A stretch of 23,883 nucleotides of DNA from an uncultured Clostridia bacterium (GCA_934500865.1 CAKSUD010000022.1:1-23883); one strand, 5' to 3'; positions 1 through 7,649 are shown, counted from the stretch's first letter. Numbers and translations are program-made. Notes: generated by a model not told the origin, from the letters alone.

Positions 1-201
1 AGAAAGGGGAGAATAGTGAAAGATAGTCATATTTTGAGCATTATTATGCTAAAGAATGTGCAATGTATATAATTTTTGTTGTTTGAAAAGTTGGAAAACG
101 GGTAAGTAAAAAATGAAGAAAGATCGAAAAATAAAATGTGCAAAATTTCATGCAATAAAATAGAACTATGAAGCATTAATATAGTGAAAGGATAAGAGAG
201 T

Positions 202-762
202 ATGAATGAAAATTATAATGAATGGCCATTTGAATTATCAATTGAAGAGGAATTAATAAGCAAGATTTCGTTGGGAGATATAGATGCTCTACATAAGTTA
301 TATGAACTTACGAGTAATGGGATATACGCTTTTGTACTTTCAATCCTAAAAAATCCTGATGAGGCAGAAGATGTTCTTCAAGATGTATTTTTAACTATAT
401 ACAATAAAGCAAAAATGTATAAAAGTATGAGCAAGCCACTTGCCTGGATTTATACAATTGCAAAGAATTGCTGCTTTATGAAAATGAGAAAAACAAAGAA
501 AATAGTAAAAATACCTGTTGAAGACATCAAAGATGATGAATTTTTTTCAAAAGTAGAAAATGTTGAAGACAGAATTGTATTGAAAACAGCATTGAAACAA
601 TTGTCGAGTGAAGAAAATCAAATTGTTATGTTACATATTGTTGGTGGACTAAAAAATAAAGATATAGCGGAACTATTAAATATGCCACTTAATACAGTAC
701 TATCGAAGTATAACAGGGCACTTGCAAAGCTTAGAAGCTATATTGAAGGAGGTAAAAAATAA
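202..762 (+). CDS. ECF-type (sigma-70 family) RNA polymerase sigma factor
   Basis: 186 aa. Region-2-like segment EAEDVLQDVFLTIY...PLAWIYTIAKN and region-4 HTH DIAELLNMPLNTVLSKYNRALAKLR. The stop overlaps the next start (TAATG, 760-764). Confidence 0.85.
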   Translation: MNENYNEWPFELSIEEELISKISLGDIDALHKLYELTSNGIYAFVLSILKNPDEAEDVLQDVFLTIYNKAKMYKSMSKPLAWIYTIAKNCCFMKMRKTKKIVKIPVEDIKDDEFFSKVENVEDRIVLKTALKQLSSEENQIVMLHIVGGLKNKDIAELLNMPLNTVLSKYNRALAKLRSYIEGGKK

Positions 763-2177
763 TGGAAGAATATGAATTGGAGAAAAGATTGAAAAAATCC
801 ATATCAGATATTACACCAGATGTTTTTTCAAATATTGAGCAAAAAATAAAAAAGGAGGGTAAGAGTATGGAAAAAGGAAGATTTAAGTTCTTAAAATGTG
901 CTGTTGCAGCATGTTTTGTAATGTGTTTGGGATTGGGAAGTTTTTCATATTATACAAATAACTATAAGTTGGATTCTATTGTTGACATTGATGTTAATCC
1001 AAGTATCGAAATGCTAGTTAATAAGAAAAGTAAAGTAATAAAAGTAAATGCACTAAATAAAGACGCTGAAAAAGTGTTAGATGGAATGGAACTAAAAAAT
1101 ATAGATGTTAAAGTGGCAACTAATGCGATTGTTGGTTCAATATTAAAAAATGGCTACATGGCAAATAAAGACGCAGGTGTTTTGATAACTGTTGTAAATG
1201 ATGATGAAAAAAGAGCAAATGAGTTAAAGGAGAAAATCGTTGCTGATGTTAAAGAGACGTTAAAAGAAAATAATGTTGATGCAAGTATTATAAAGCAAGT
1301 TATTACACAAAATGAGGAATTAAAGAATATAGCTAAAGAAAATAATGTGTCTGTAGGTAAAGCAGCATTAATACGCGATTTGACTGAAACGAAGAAAGAG
1401 TTAGACGTGAAAGAAGTAAGCAAAAAACCGGTAAAAGATTTGGTGAAAATAGTTTTAGAAGATGCTAAAGTAAAAGATGTGGAAAAAGTAGAGGTAGAAT
1501 TAGACGACGGAAAATATGAAATAAAATTTGCTAAGGATAATCAAGAATTTGAGTATGAGTTAAATAAGGAAACTGGAGAAATTTTGAGCAAAGAAGTTGA
1601 AGAAAAAGAGGATAATCAAGTTCCACAAACAATAAAAATAACTAAAGAAGAAGCAAGAGAAATAGCATTAAAAGATTCTGGCGAAAAGAATGTAAATGAT
1701 TTAGAAATAGAATTAGATGATGGAAAATACGAAGTAGAATTTACAGGAAAAGACGGAAGAGAATATTCATATGAAATTGGGGCGGCGAGTGGAAAGATAC
1801 TAAGCAAAGAAGTTGATGATGAAAATGTAAAGAAAATTACAGATAAAAAAGAAGAGAAGAAAATAACTAAAGAAGAAGCAAGAGAAATAGCGTTAAATGA
1901 TTCTAGAGTAAAAGATCCAAGAAAATTAGAAATAGAATTAGATGATGAAAAGTATGAAATTGAGTTTGAAGATGAAGATGGAACTGAGTATTCGTATGAA
2001 ATTGATGCTATTAGTGGAAAGATACTAGATAAGGAAATTGAAGAAAAAGAAATTATAAAGGATAAAGATGAGAAATCACATAAGAAATATGAAAAAGTAA
2101 AAGACACAGAAGATGATGACGACGATGATGACGATGATGATGACGACGATGATGACGATGAGGAAGATGATGATTAA
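762..2177 (+). CDS. Membrane anti-sigma factor with RsgI-like middle domain, three PepSY-like repeats and a poly-Asp C-terminus
   Basis: Translationally coupled to the sigma gene. Short cytoplasmic N-terminus, then a single TM (FLKCAVAACFVMCLGLGSFSYY). The segment DIDVNPSIEMLVNKKSKVIKVNALNKDAEKVL resembles the anti-sigma RsgI middle domain. Three repeats of the pattern (L/V)E(I/V)ELDDGKYE(I/V)(K/E)F...(E/S)YE(L/I)...(T/S)G(E/K)IL(S/D)KE(V/I) are typical of PepSY. The tail is D16-EE-DDD. Confidence 0.7.
   Translation: MEEYELEKRLKKSISDITPDVFSNIEQKIKKEGKSMEKGRFKFLKCAVAACFVMCLGLGSFSYYTNNYKLDSIVDIDVNPSIEMLVNKKSKVIKVNALNKDAEKVLDGMELKNIDVKVATNAIVGSILKNGYMANKDAGVLITVVNDDEKRANELKEKIVADVKETLKENNVDASIIKQVITQNEELKNIAKENNVSVGKAALIRDLTETKKELDVKEVSKKPVKDLVKIVLEDAKVKDVEKVEVELDDGKYEIKFAKDNQEFEYELNKETGEILSKEVEEKEDNQVPQTIKITKEEAREIALKDSGEKNVNDLEIELDDGKYEVEFTGKDGREYSYEIGAASGKILSKEVDDENVKKITDKKEEKKITKEEAREIALNDSRVKDPRKLEIELDDEKYEIEFEDEDGTEYSYEIDAISGKILDKEIEEKEIIKDKDEKSHKKYEKVKDTEDDDDDDDDDDDDDDDDEEDDD
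1635..2084 (+). repeat. Two tandem 225-bp (75-codon) repeat units encoding PepSY-like modules 2 and 3
   Basis: A 32-nt perfect repeat aaaataactaaagaagaagcaagagaaatagc occurs at 1635-1666 and 1860-1891, exactly 225 nt apart. The protein repeats ITKEEAREIAL(K/N)DS...LEIELDD(G/E)KYE(V/I)EF... . A more diverged first module lies about 1420-1634. Confidence 0.8.
2112..2174 (+). repeat. GAT/GAC trinucleotide tract encoding D16-EE-DDD
   Basis: Codon-by-codon reading from 2112 gives 16 consecutive GAT/GAC codons, then GAG GAA, then three GAT, then TAA at 2175. Confidence 0.95.
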
Positions 2178-2230
2178 TCATAAATATGCACCACATTTTA
2201 TTTCACCACATAAACTATAATGAGGTGAAG

Positions 2231-2539
2231 ATGATGGAAGAAGAAAATCAAATCGAACTTTACTGTTCAGAAGAAGAGTGCATAACCAAAGCATATCAAT
2301 CTGCAAATGTATGTTTACCGGTAACAGTTACACCATTTGCTAATGTTGGTGAAATTAAGACCGAATGTTGTGGTGATGCAATAATATCTAGGGACGATAA
2401 ATGTTGCAAGGGAGCTCCAAACAAAAGTTGCAGATTTACAATAACCCAAAAGATAAAAGTAGAAATTCCGGTAGAGTTTGGTGCTAACACAAACGTTGGC
2501 GGAACCTTTATAAATTGCGATTGCACAAGGGAACAATAA
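2231..2539 (+). CDS. Small cysteine-rich protein (102 aa, 10 Cys), no signal peptide, function unknown
   Basis: The ORF track starts at 2186, but GAGGTG (2223-2228) sits just upstream of the ATG at 2231, so 2231 is the likely start. Cys pattern is C-x4-C, C, CC, CC, C, CxC. An intrinsic terminator follows immediately. No terminator separates it from the anti-sigma gene. Confidence 0.6.
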   Translation: MMEEENQIELYCSEEECITKAYQSANVCLPVTVTPFANVGEIKTECCGDAIISRDDKCCKGAPNKSCRFTITQKIKVEIPVEFGANTNVGGTFINCDCTREQ

Positions 2540-2550
2540 ATATATTTTTT

Positions 2551-2586
2551 GGATGCTGCCTAATTATAGGTAGCATCTTTTTTGTG
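2551..2586 (+). terminator. Rho-independent terminator of the sigma/anti-sigma/Cys-rich unit
   Basis: The stem gatgctgcc (2552-2560) pairs with ggtagcatc (2569-2577) with one G-U pair. It is followed by a tttttt run. Confidence 0.75.
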
Positions 2587-2601
2587 TAATTATCATATAT
2601 T

Positions 2602-2625
2602 AAAAATGAATTTGAATTCATTATT
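2602..2625. promoter_or_regulatory. Palindromic operator copy 1 (AAAAATGAA-N6-TTCATTATT), abutting/overlapping the -35
   Basis: aaaaatgaa (2602-2610), 6-nt spacer, ttcattatt (2617-2625). It overlaps the TTGACA at 2624-2629 by 2 nt. Confidence 0.55.
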
Positions 2626-2652
2626 GACAAATTTGTCGAAATATCGTATAAT
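2624..2652 (+). promoter_or_regulatory. Consensus sigma-A type promoter for the TetR-MMPL operon
   Basis: TTGACA (2624-2629), a 17-nt spacer, then TATAAT (2647-2652). Both hexamers match the consensus perfectly. Confidence 0.75.
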
Positions 2653-2654
2653 GT

Positions 2655-2678
2655 AAAAATGAATGGAGGTTCATTTTT
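2655..2678. promoter_or_regulatory. Palindromic operator copy 2 (AAAAATGAA-N6-TTCATTTTT), spanning the predicted TSS, 5' UTR and SD
   Basis: A perfect 9-bp inverted repeat, aaaaatgaa (2655-2663) and ttcattttt (2670-2678), with the SD tGGAGG in the 6-nt spacer. It ends one nt before the tetR ATG at 2679. It lies 53 bp from copy 1. Confidence 0.55.
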
Positions 2679-3278
2679 ATGCAAACATTAAAAGAAGAAG
2701 TAAGAGAAAAAATAATGCGAGCGGGTTCTGTACTATTTAAGACCAAAGGGTTTGAAAATACATCTATGAAAGACATTGCCCAAAGTGCGGAAATTAGTAC
2801 AGGAAATATTTACAGATATTTTCTTACTAAGCATCATTTACTAAGTGAACTGCAACAGGAAATGGAAAAGGACCTTGAAGATTTTTTTATGAGTATTCCT
2901 CTTTCATATGCCGAATTAAATTCAGAGGTATCTTTTAAGATTATAAAAGATAAGGTTATGGAACTTGCTATGAATAGAGGCGAAGAACTTGATATGATGT
3001 TTAAATGCGTGGATCAAGGATTATTCAAGGATTTTAAAAATAAGATTTTAGAAATGTTTACGGAAAAATTCAGGAAAATAGCTGAAAATACAGGATGTGG
3101 GAATGTAGATAAAGTTCTTTGTGGAGCTATGGCACGTTCCTTGTTTGAAGGATTTTATTATATAGTAAGGGAAAATGTACAAAATGTCGAAAAACTAGAT
3201 AGAAATTTAGAAATCTACTATAAATTATTATTAGTAGATTTAGATAAAAGAATTTTAGGGGTGCTGAAGAATGATTGA
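2679..3278 (+). CDS. TetR/AcrR family transcriptional regulator
   Basis: 199 aa. N-terminal HTH GFENTSMKDIAQSAEISTGNIYRYFLTKHHLL is typical of TetR_N. SD GGAGG lies 9 nt upstream. The 3' end overlaps the next gene by 8 nt. Confidence 0.85.
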   Translation: MQTLKEEVREKIMRAGSVLFKTKGFENTSMKDIAQSAEISTGNIYRYFLTKHHLLSELQQEMEKDLEDFFMSIPLSYAELNSEVSFKIIKDKVMELAMNRGEELDMMFKCVDQGLFKDFKNKILEMFTEKFRKIAENTGCGNVDKVLCGAMARSLFEGFYYIVRENVQNVEKLDRNLEIYYKLLLVDLDKRILGVLKND

Positions 3279-5580
3279 TAAAATAGCAAGATTTATAGTT
3301 AAACAAAGGACAAAGATTGGAATCTTTTTTGTAGTATCTCTTGTGATTTCAATAATGTTAATTCCAAGTGTTGTATTAAACTATGATTTATCTGAATATG
3401 TGCCTGATTCCGAACCTGCAAAGCGAGGTCTTAATATAGTTGAAGAAGAGTTTGGAATGAACGGTGTTGCAAGAATTATGATTAATAACGTAACACTCGT
3501 TCAAGCGAAAGAATACAAAGATAAAATCGCTGCTGTCGAAGGAGTTGATACTGTTTTATGGCTAGATGATGAAACGGATCCTTACCAACCTGTGGAATTC
3601 ATAGATCAGGAAATACTAAATGATTATTACAAAGATGGTTCGGCGATGATTGAGGTTCTATTTACTGAGAATGAATATTCAACATTAACAAGTAAAGCAG
3701 TAGATGAAATTAAGGCAATTATTCCGGAAGATAGTAATATCATAGGTTCTGCAGTAGATACAAAATCAACTCAAGATACGGTTAAAAAAGAAGTTTCAAT
3801 AATTATGGTTATATTGGTTCCAGTAGTAATTTGTATTTTACTATTAACAACTACATCATGGTTTTCACCAATATTGTTTATGGCTGTAATAGGAACATCA
3901 ATATTTCTTAATATGGGAACAAACGTTATATTCAAGCATGTTTCGTTTATTACATACAGTATAACGGCAGCTTTGCAATTAGCCGTTTCTATGGATTATT
4001 CAGTATTTATGTTACATCAATTTGAAAGAGAAAAAAAGCAAAACGATAATCCTGAGGAAGCAATGGTTGAAACAATAAAAAATGCTATGTCATCCATTAC
4101 TTCTAGTGCTATGACAACTGTTGCAGGTTTCGTTGCATTGGTATTTATGAGTTTTACAATTGGTGCCGATATGGGCTTGGTATTTGCAAAGGGAATTGTA
4201 TTTAGTTTATTAACAGTTATCTTTGGTATGCCGTATTTAATCTTAAAGTTCTATCCATTAATAGAGAAAACTACACATAAATCTTTAATGCCTGACTTTG
4301 AAGGTATGGCGCGTGGAAGTGGAAGACTTTCAAAAGTAATCATAACATTAGTAATAATCTTGGTAATTCCTTCATACATAGCACAAAATCAAAACAGCTT
4401 CTTATATGGCTCAGCTTCATTTGGTGGTGGAGAAGGAACACAAGTTTATGAAGATGAAAAGCAAATAGTTGCAAAGTTCGGAAGAAGTAATCCTATAATT
4501 GTGCTTGTTCCAAGGGGAGATTACATAAGTGAAAAAGAATTGGCAGAGGAATTAGAAGACTTGCCGGTAGTAAAGAAAGTTCAAACTTTGGCTAACTTAG
4601 TTCCTGAAGGAGCTCCGGATAGCTTCGTTCCTAAAGATAGTTATGATAAGTTTAGATCTGATAAGTATACAAGAGTTGTTACATATGTAAGAACGTCTTC
4701 TGAAAGTGATTTGGCGTTTGATACTGTTAATAAAGTAAGTTCAATAGTTGAGAAATACTATGGCGACAATTATGAATTAACCGGTGTAATTCCTATAACT
4801 ATGAATATAAAAGATATAGTAACAAAGGATTACAGAATTGTTAATTTAATTTCAATAGGTGCAGTTATGTTGATATTACTATTAACATTTAGGTCACTTA
4901 TTTTACCGATATTACTTATACTTGTTATAGAATCTGGTGTATTTATAAATATGGCAACACCATATTTCGCGGGTTCTTCAATGATGTTCTTATGTTACTT
5001 AATAGTTAGTTCAATACAATTAGGTGCAACAATTGACTACGGAATTTTGATGACAAATAACTACTTGGATAGCAGAAGAACAATGGATAAGAAAGAAGCA
5101 GCAATTTATGCTGTTAAAGTAAGTACTCCGGCATTATTAACATCAGGAAGTATACTAGTGTGTGCCGCTTACTTATTAAAATACATATCTACCATTTCAG
5201 CTATTTCTGAAATGGGTAGCTTAATTGGAAGAGGTGCATTACTTAGCTTAGCACTTGTAATATTCTTCTTACCACCTGTACTTACAATATTTGATTCTTT
5301 AATAGAAAAGACAATGTTACCAGAAGAACATAGAATTCACATTGGTAAACACATAATTGCAATAGGAAGAAGAGTACATGATGCAGCTAGCAGAAATGAA
5401 AAAATTAGAAAAATGAACGAAAAAATTGCAGTGAAAATGTCGAATGATATTGAAAAGTTAAGAAGTCGTGTAAGAGAAAAAGAGCAAAAGAATAATCAAA
5501 AGAAAGTTAATAAATTAAATAAAAAGATTGAAGAATTAGAAAATGCAAAGAAAGCAATAGAAAGGGGCGAATACAGATGA
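3271..5580 (+). CDS. MMPL/RND-superfamily membrane transporter (putative lipid or hydrophobic-compound exporter) with K/E-rich C-terminal tail
   Basis: 769 aa. Architecture is two-fold: N-terminal TM, soluble loop, TM bundle (aa about 175-330), then a second TM, loop and bundle (aa about 345-680). Typical MMPL segments include AALQLAVSMDYSVFMLHQF and SSIQLGATIDYGILMTNNY. The last ~80 aa are charged and coiled-coil-like. Confidence 0.8.
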   Translation: MIDKIARFIVKQRTKIGIFFVVSLVISIMLIPSVVLNYDLSEYVPDSEPAKRGLNIVEEEFGMNGVARIMINNVTLVQAKEYKDKIAAVEGVDTVLWLDDETDPYQPVEFIDQEILNDYYKDGSAMIEVLFTENEYSTLTSKAVDEIKAIIPEDSNIIGSAVDTKSTQDTVKKEVSIIMVILVPVVICILLLTTTSWFSPILFMAVIGTSIFLNMGTNVIFKHVSFITYSITAALQLAVSMDYSVFMLHQFEREKKQNDNPEEAMVETIKNAMSSITSSAMTTVAGFVALVFMSFTIGADMGLVFAKGIVFSLLTVIFGMPYLILKFYPLIEKTTHKSLMPDFEGMARGSGRLSKVIITLVIILVIPSYIAQNQNSFLYGSASFGGGEGTQVYEDEKQIVAKFGRSNPIIVLVPRGDYISEKELAEELEDLPVVKKVQTLANLVPEGAPDSFVPKDSYDKFRSDKYTRVVTYVRTSSESDLAFDTVNKVSSIVEKYYGDNYELTGVIPITMNIKDIVTKDYRIVNLISIGAVMLILLLTFRSLILPILLILVIESGVFINMATPYFAGSSMMFLCYLIVSSIQLGATIDYGILMTNNYLDSRRTMDKKEAAIYAVKVSTPALLTSGSILVCAAYLLKYISTISAISEMGSLIGRGALLSLALVIFFLPPVLTIFDSLIEKTMLPEEHRIHIGKHIIAIGRRVHDAASRNEKIRKMNEKIAVKMSNDIEKLRSRVREKEQKNNQKKVNKLNKKIEELENAKKAIERGEYR

Positions 5581-7649
5581 GAAGATTTTTAGCAATTTTT
5601 CTTGCAGCAATAATGGTGATAATGAATAGCGTAGCTATTGCAGCACCTACTATGGAAAAAACCGAATCTGTATATGTTAATTTAGATTATTATGGAGCAG
5701 TAGACCAAATACACGTATCAAATGATTGCGTACTTACAGGTCAAAATGAAATTGAAGACTTTGGAGTATATGAAAGTATAACGAATCTTACAAACAGAAC
5801 AGAGTTAAAGAATGTCGATGGAAAAATAGTATGGGACGTAAGTGGATTAAAGCGATTCGCATACAACGGAAAAGTAAGCAATGATAATGCAAAGAATGTT
5901 CCTTGGACATTTGAAGTAACTTATAAGTTAAATGGTGTAGAAACAAGAGCTGAGGAATTGCTTGGTAAATCAGGCTTAGTTGAAATGATAATCGATATTA
6001 ATGCAAATAAAGATGCAAAGGAATATTACAGAAATAATTATATGCTTGAAGTTACAGGCTCTTATGACTTAAACAAATATTTAAGTGTTGAATCTGATGA
6101 AGCAATGTTTGTTACAACAGGTAGAACAAAAACTTTAATGTATATAGTATTACCAGGTCAAAGCACAACATTACATATAAGAATAGGCTCGGAAGATTTT
6201 GAAATGGACGGCTTAACTTTTGCAATGGTTCCAATAGAAGGAAAGGCATTAGAAAAGATAGGCGATATTGTGGATGATAAGAAGAGTATAGAAGATGCGA
6301 TGGATGCATTAAATGCCAGTGCAGACACAATACTTGATGCAATGAGTGGAATGCAAACAAACCTAAATGGTATAAGTTCTGGAGTTTCTAAAGTACAAGA
6401 CGGAACAAATGAACTTCATGGATTAGCAGGAAAAAGAGATGAAGACATCGCCAAAGCAAAAACAAGTTTAGAAAATATGCAAGGAATAATAACAAGCCTT
6501 CAAGGAGATTTAGATAATGCAATTGACGGAGCTAATAATTTAACAGATATGTTAGAGGAGCTTCAAGTAGAATTTAAAGCAGTAGACAAGACAATGAAAA
6601 ATGTTCAAGATAATTTATCTGATATTGAGGAAGCTATTGAGGACTTACCGGATGATTTAGATGATATTAGTAAAACAGTTAAGATAACTGCCGCATTAGT
6701 TGGAAACTTTAGAGATTTGTTAAAATCTGAATTGGCAGGAAAACAAGTTGACGTTGCTGGATTAGAAAACAGTTTGAATAAAATAGCTCAAAATGCCGGT
6801 AAACTTTGTGTTATGAATGGAGTAGACCCTAGAGGAGGTGAAGCACCAGATGCAACGACAAATCCGGCAGGGGCAAGTGCGTATGAAATTGTTCAGGATT
6901 TAACTTCAGTAAATGAAACACTTCAAGAAGTAAAAGAAATAATGAGTGATACAACAAATGCGTCATCAAGTATGCTAAGCAACTTAAGCAAGTTACAATC
7001 TAAACTTGGAATTATTGCTGATATGATTGATGGTGATGACGGCGAAATAATAATAGATGCTGTAGACAATATTGATGACCTAGTAGCAAAGTTAAGAGAA
7101 GTATTAAATACAGCAATTAAATACAATGAAAAAGCTATTGAAGATAAAGAAAATTTACCTTTAGCATTGGAAAATATGAAGAAAATGCTAGGTGAATTAA
7201 AAGAAGCAGATAATGTAGCTGTAAGCTTACTTAGCACGGCGCAAGAAGCATTAAAAATATTAAGTGGAAAATTATATGAAGGTTCAGATGAATTAATGTC
7301 AGGAATAATTGGTGCTACAAAGGACCTAGAGAAAATAACAAATCAAAGTAATAGCATTAAAGATTCTAAAAATACAGTAAGAGACGTAATAAAAGATGAT
7401 TGGAATGAAATCGAGGATAAAACAACTATATTTAACATAGATGTTAATGCTAAACCACAATCTTTCTTATCGGACGAAAATGAGACACCAAGTAAAGTAC
7501 AATTTATGTTAAAGACACAAGATATAAAAGAAGTAAAAGCACAAGAAGTAGACTTAGAAGTTAAAGATAATACAGGAAACATATGGACTAGAATTTGTGC
7601 AATACTTGAAAAAATGTTTGGTTGGATAATAAAGATATTTAAAAAGTAA
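5577..7649 (+). CDS. Secreted protein with beta-rich N-domain and long helical region with YhgE/Pip-like heptad motifs
   Basis: Start overlaps the MMPL stop (ATGA, 5577-5580). Signal peptide is MRRFLAIFLAAIMVIMNSVAIA/AP. The central ~350 aa are rich in D/E/N/L, with motifs such as LNGISSGVSKVQDGTNELHGL and LDNAIDGANNLTDML that resemble the repeats of YhgE/Pip extracellular domains. It ends in a short amphipathic tail IWTRICAILEKMFGWIIKIFKK. Confidence 0.6.
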   Translation: MRRFLAIFLAAIMVIMNSVAIAAPTMEKTESVYVNLDYYGAVDQIHVSNDCVLTGQNEIEDFGVYESITNLTNRTELKNVDGKIVWDVSGLKRFAYNGKVSNDNAKNVPWTFEVTYKLNGVETRAEELLGKSGLVEMIIDINANKDAKEYYRNNYMLEVTGSYDLNKYLSVESDEAMFVTTGRTKTLMYIVLPGQSTTLHIRIGSEDFEMDGLTFAMVPIEGKALEKIGDIVDDKKSIEDAMDALNASADTILDAMSGMQTNLNGISSGVSKVQDGTNELHGLAGKRDEDIAKAKTSLENMQGIITSLQGDLDNAIDGANNLTDMLEELQVEFKAVDKTMKNVQDNLSDIEEAIEDLPDDLDDISKTVKITAALVGNFRDLLKSELAGKQVDVAGLENSLNKIAQNAGKLCVMNGVDPRGGEAPDATTNPAGASAYEIVQDLTSVNETLQEVKEIMSDTTNASSSMLSNLSKLQSKLGIIADMIDGDDGEIIIDAVDNIDDLVAKLREVLNTAIKYNEKAIEDKENLPLALENMKKMLGELKEADNVAVSLLSTAQEALKILSGKLYEGSDELMSGIIGATKDLEKITNQSNSIKDSKNTVRDVIKDDWNEIEDKTTIFNIDVNAKPQSFLSDENETPSKVQFMLKTQDIKEVKAQEVDLEVKDNTGNIWTRICAILEKMFGWIIKIFKK

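Noticed and set aside
16-72. An 18-codon ORF (GTG start, MKDSHILSIIMLKNVQCI) behind AGGGGAG at the very start of the window, considered as a leader peptide.
   Set aside because: It is too short, has a non-ATG start and lies at the window edge with no upstream context. It cannot be distinguished from chance.
83-130. Possible promoters for the sigma gene: a TTGAAA-18-TAAAAA sigma-A-like pair (83-112), and GGAAAAC (93-99) with TCGAAA (124-129) as an ECF-like -35/-10 pair.
   Set aside because: The sigma-A-like hexamers are weak. The ECF-like elements are about 25 nt apart, which is too far. An autoregulatory ECF promoter cannot be called by eye.
1154-2107. Minus-strand ORFs 1154..1423 and 1616..2107 (89 and 163 aa, rich in Ser/Phe/Ile).
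   Set aside because: They are antisense shadows of the K/E/D-rich anti-sigma gene. They have low-complexity composition, no SD, and lie fully inside a well-supported plus-strand CDS.
2193-2221. TATAAT at 2216-2221 upstream of the Cys-rich gene, considered as an independent promoter.
   Set aside because: There is no acceptable -35. A start ~7 nt downstream would remove the SD at 2223-2228, so co-transcription with the anti-sigma gene is more plausible.
2186-2230. N-terminal extensions given by the ORF track: 2186 for the Cys-rich gene, 8647 for mazF, 10951 for comM, 11195 for rny, 16190 for hemolysin III, 16336 for lon, 18826 for GIY-YIG and 19872 for DUF975.
   Set aside because: In each case an internal start has a properly spaced SD and matches the conserved N-terminus of the family, so the extensions were trimmed.
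2296-2536. Two minus-strand ORFs (76 and 73 aa) opposite the Cys-rich gene.
   Set aside because: They have no SD and would run into the terminator hairpin from the wrong side. The plus-strand ORF has a good SD and a terminator.
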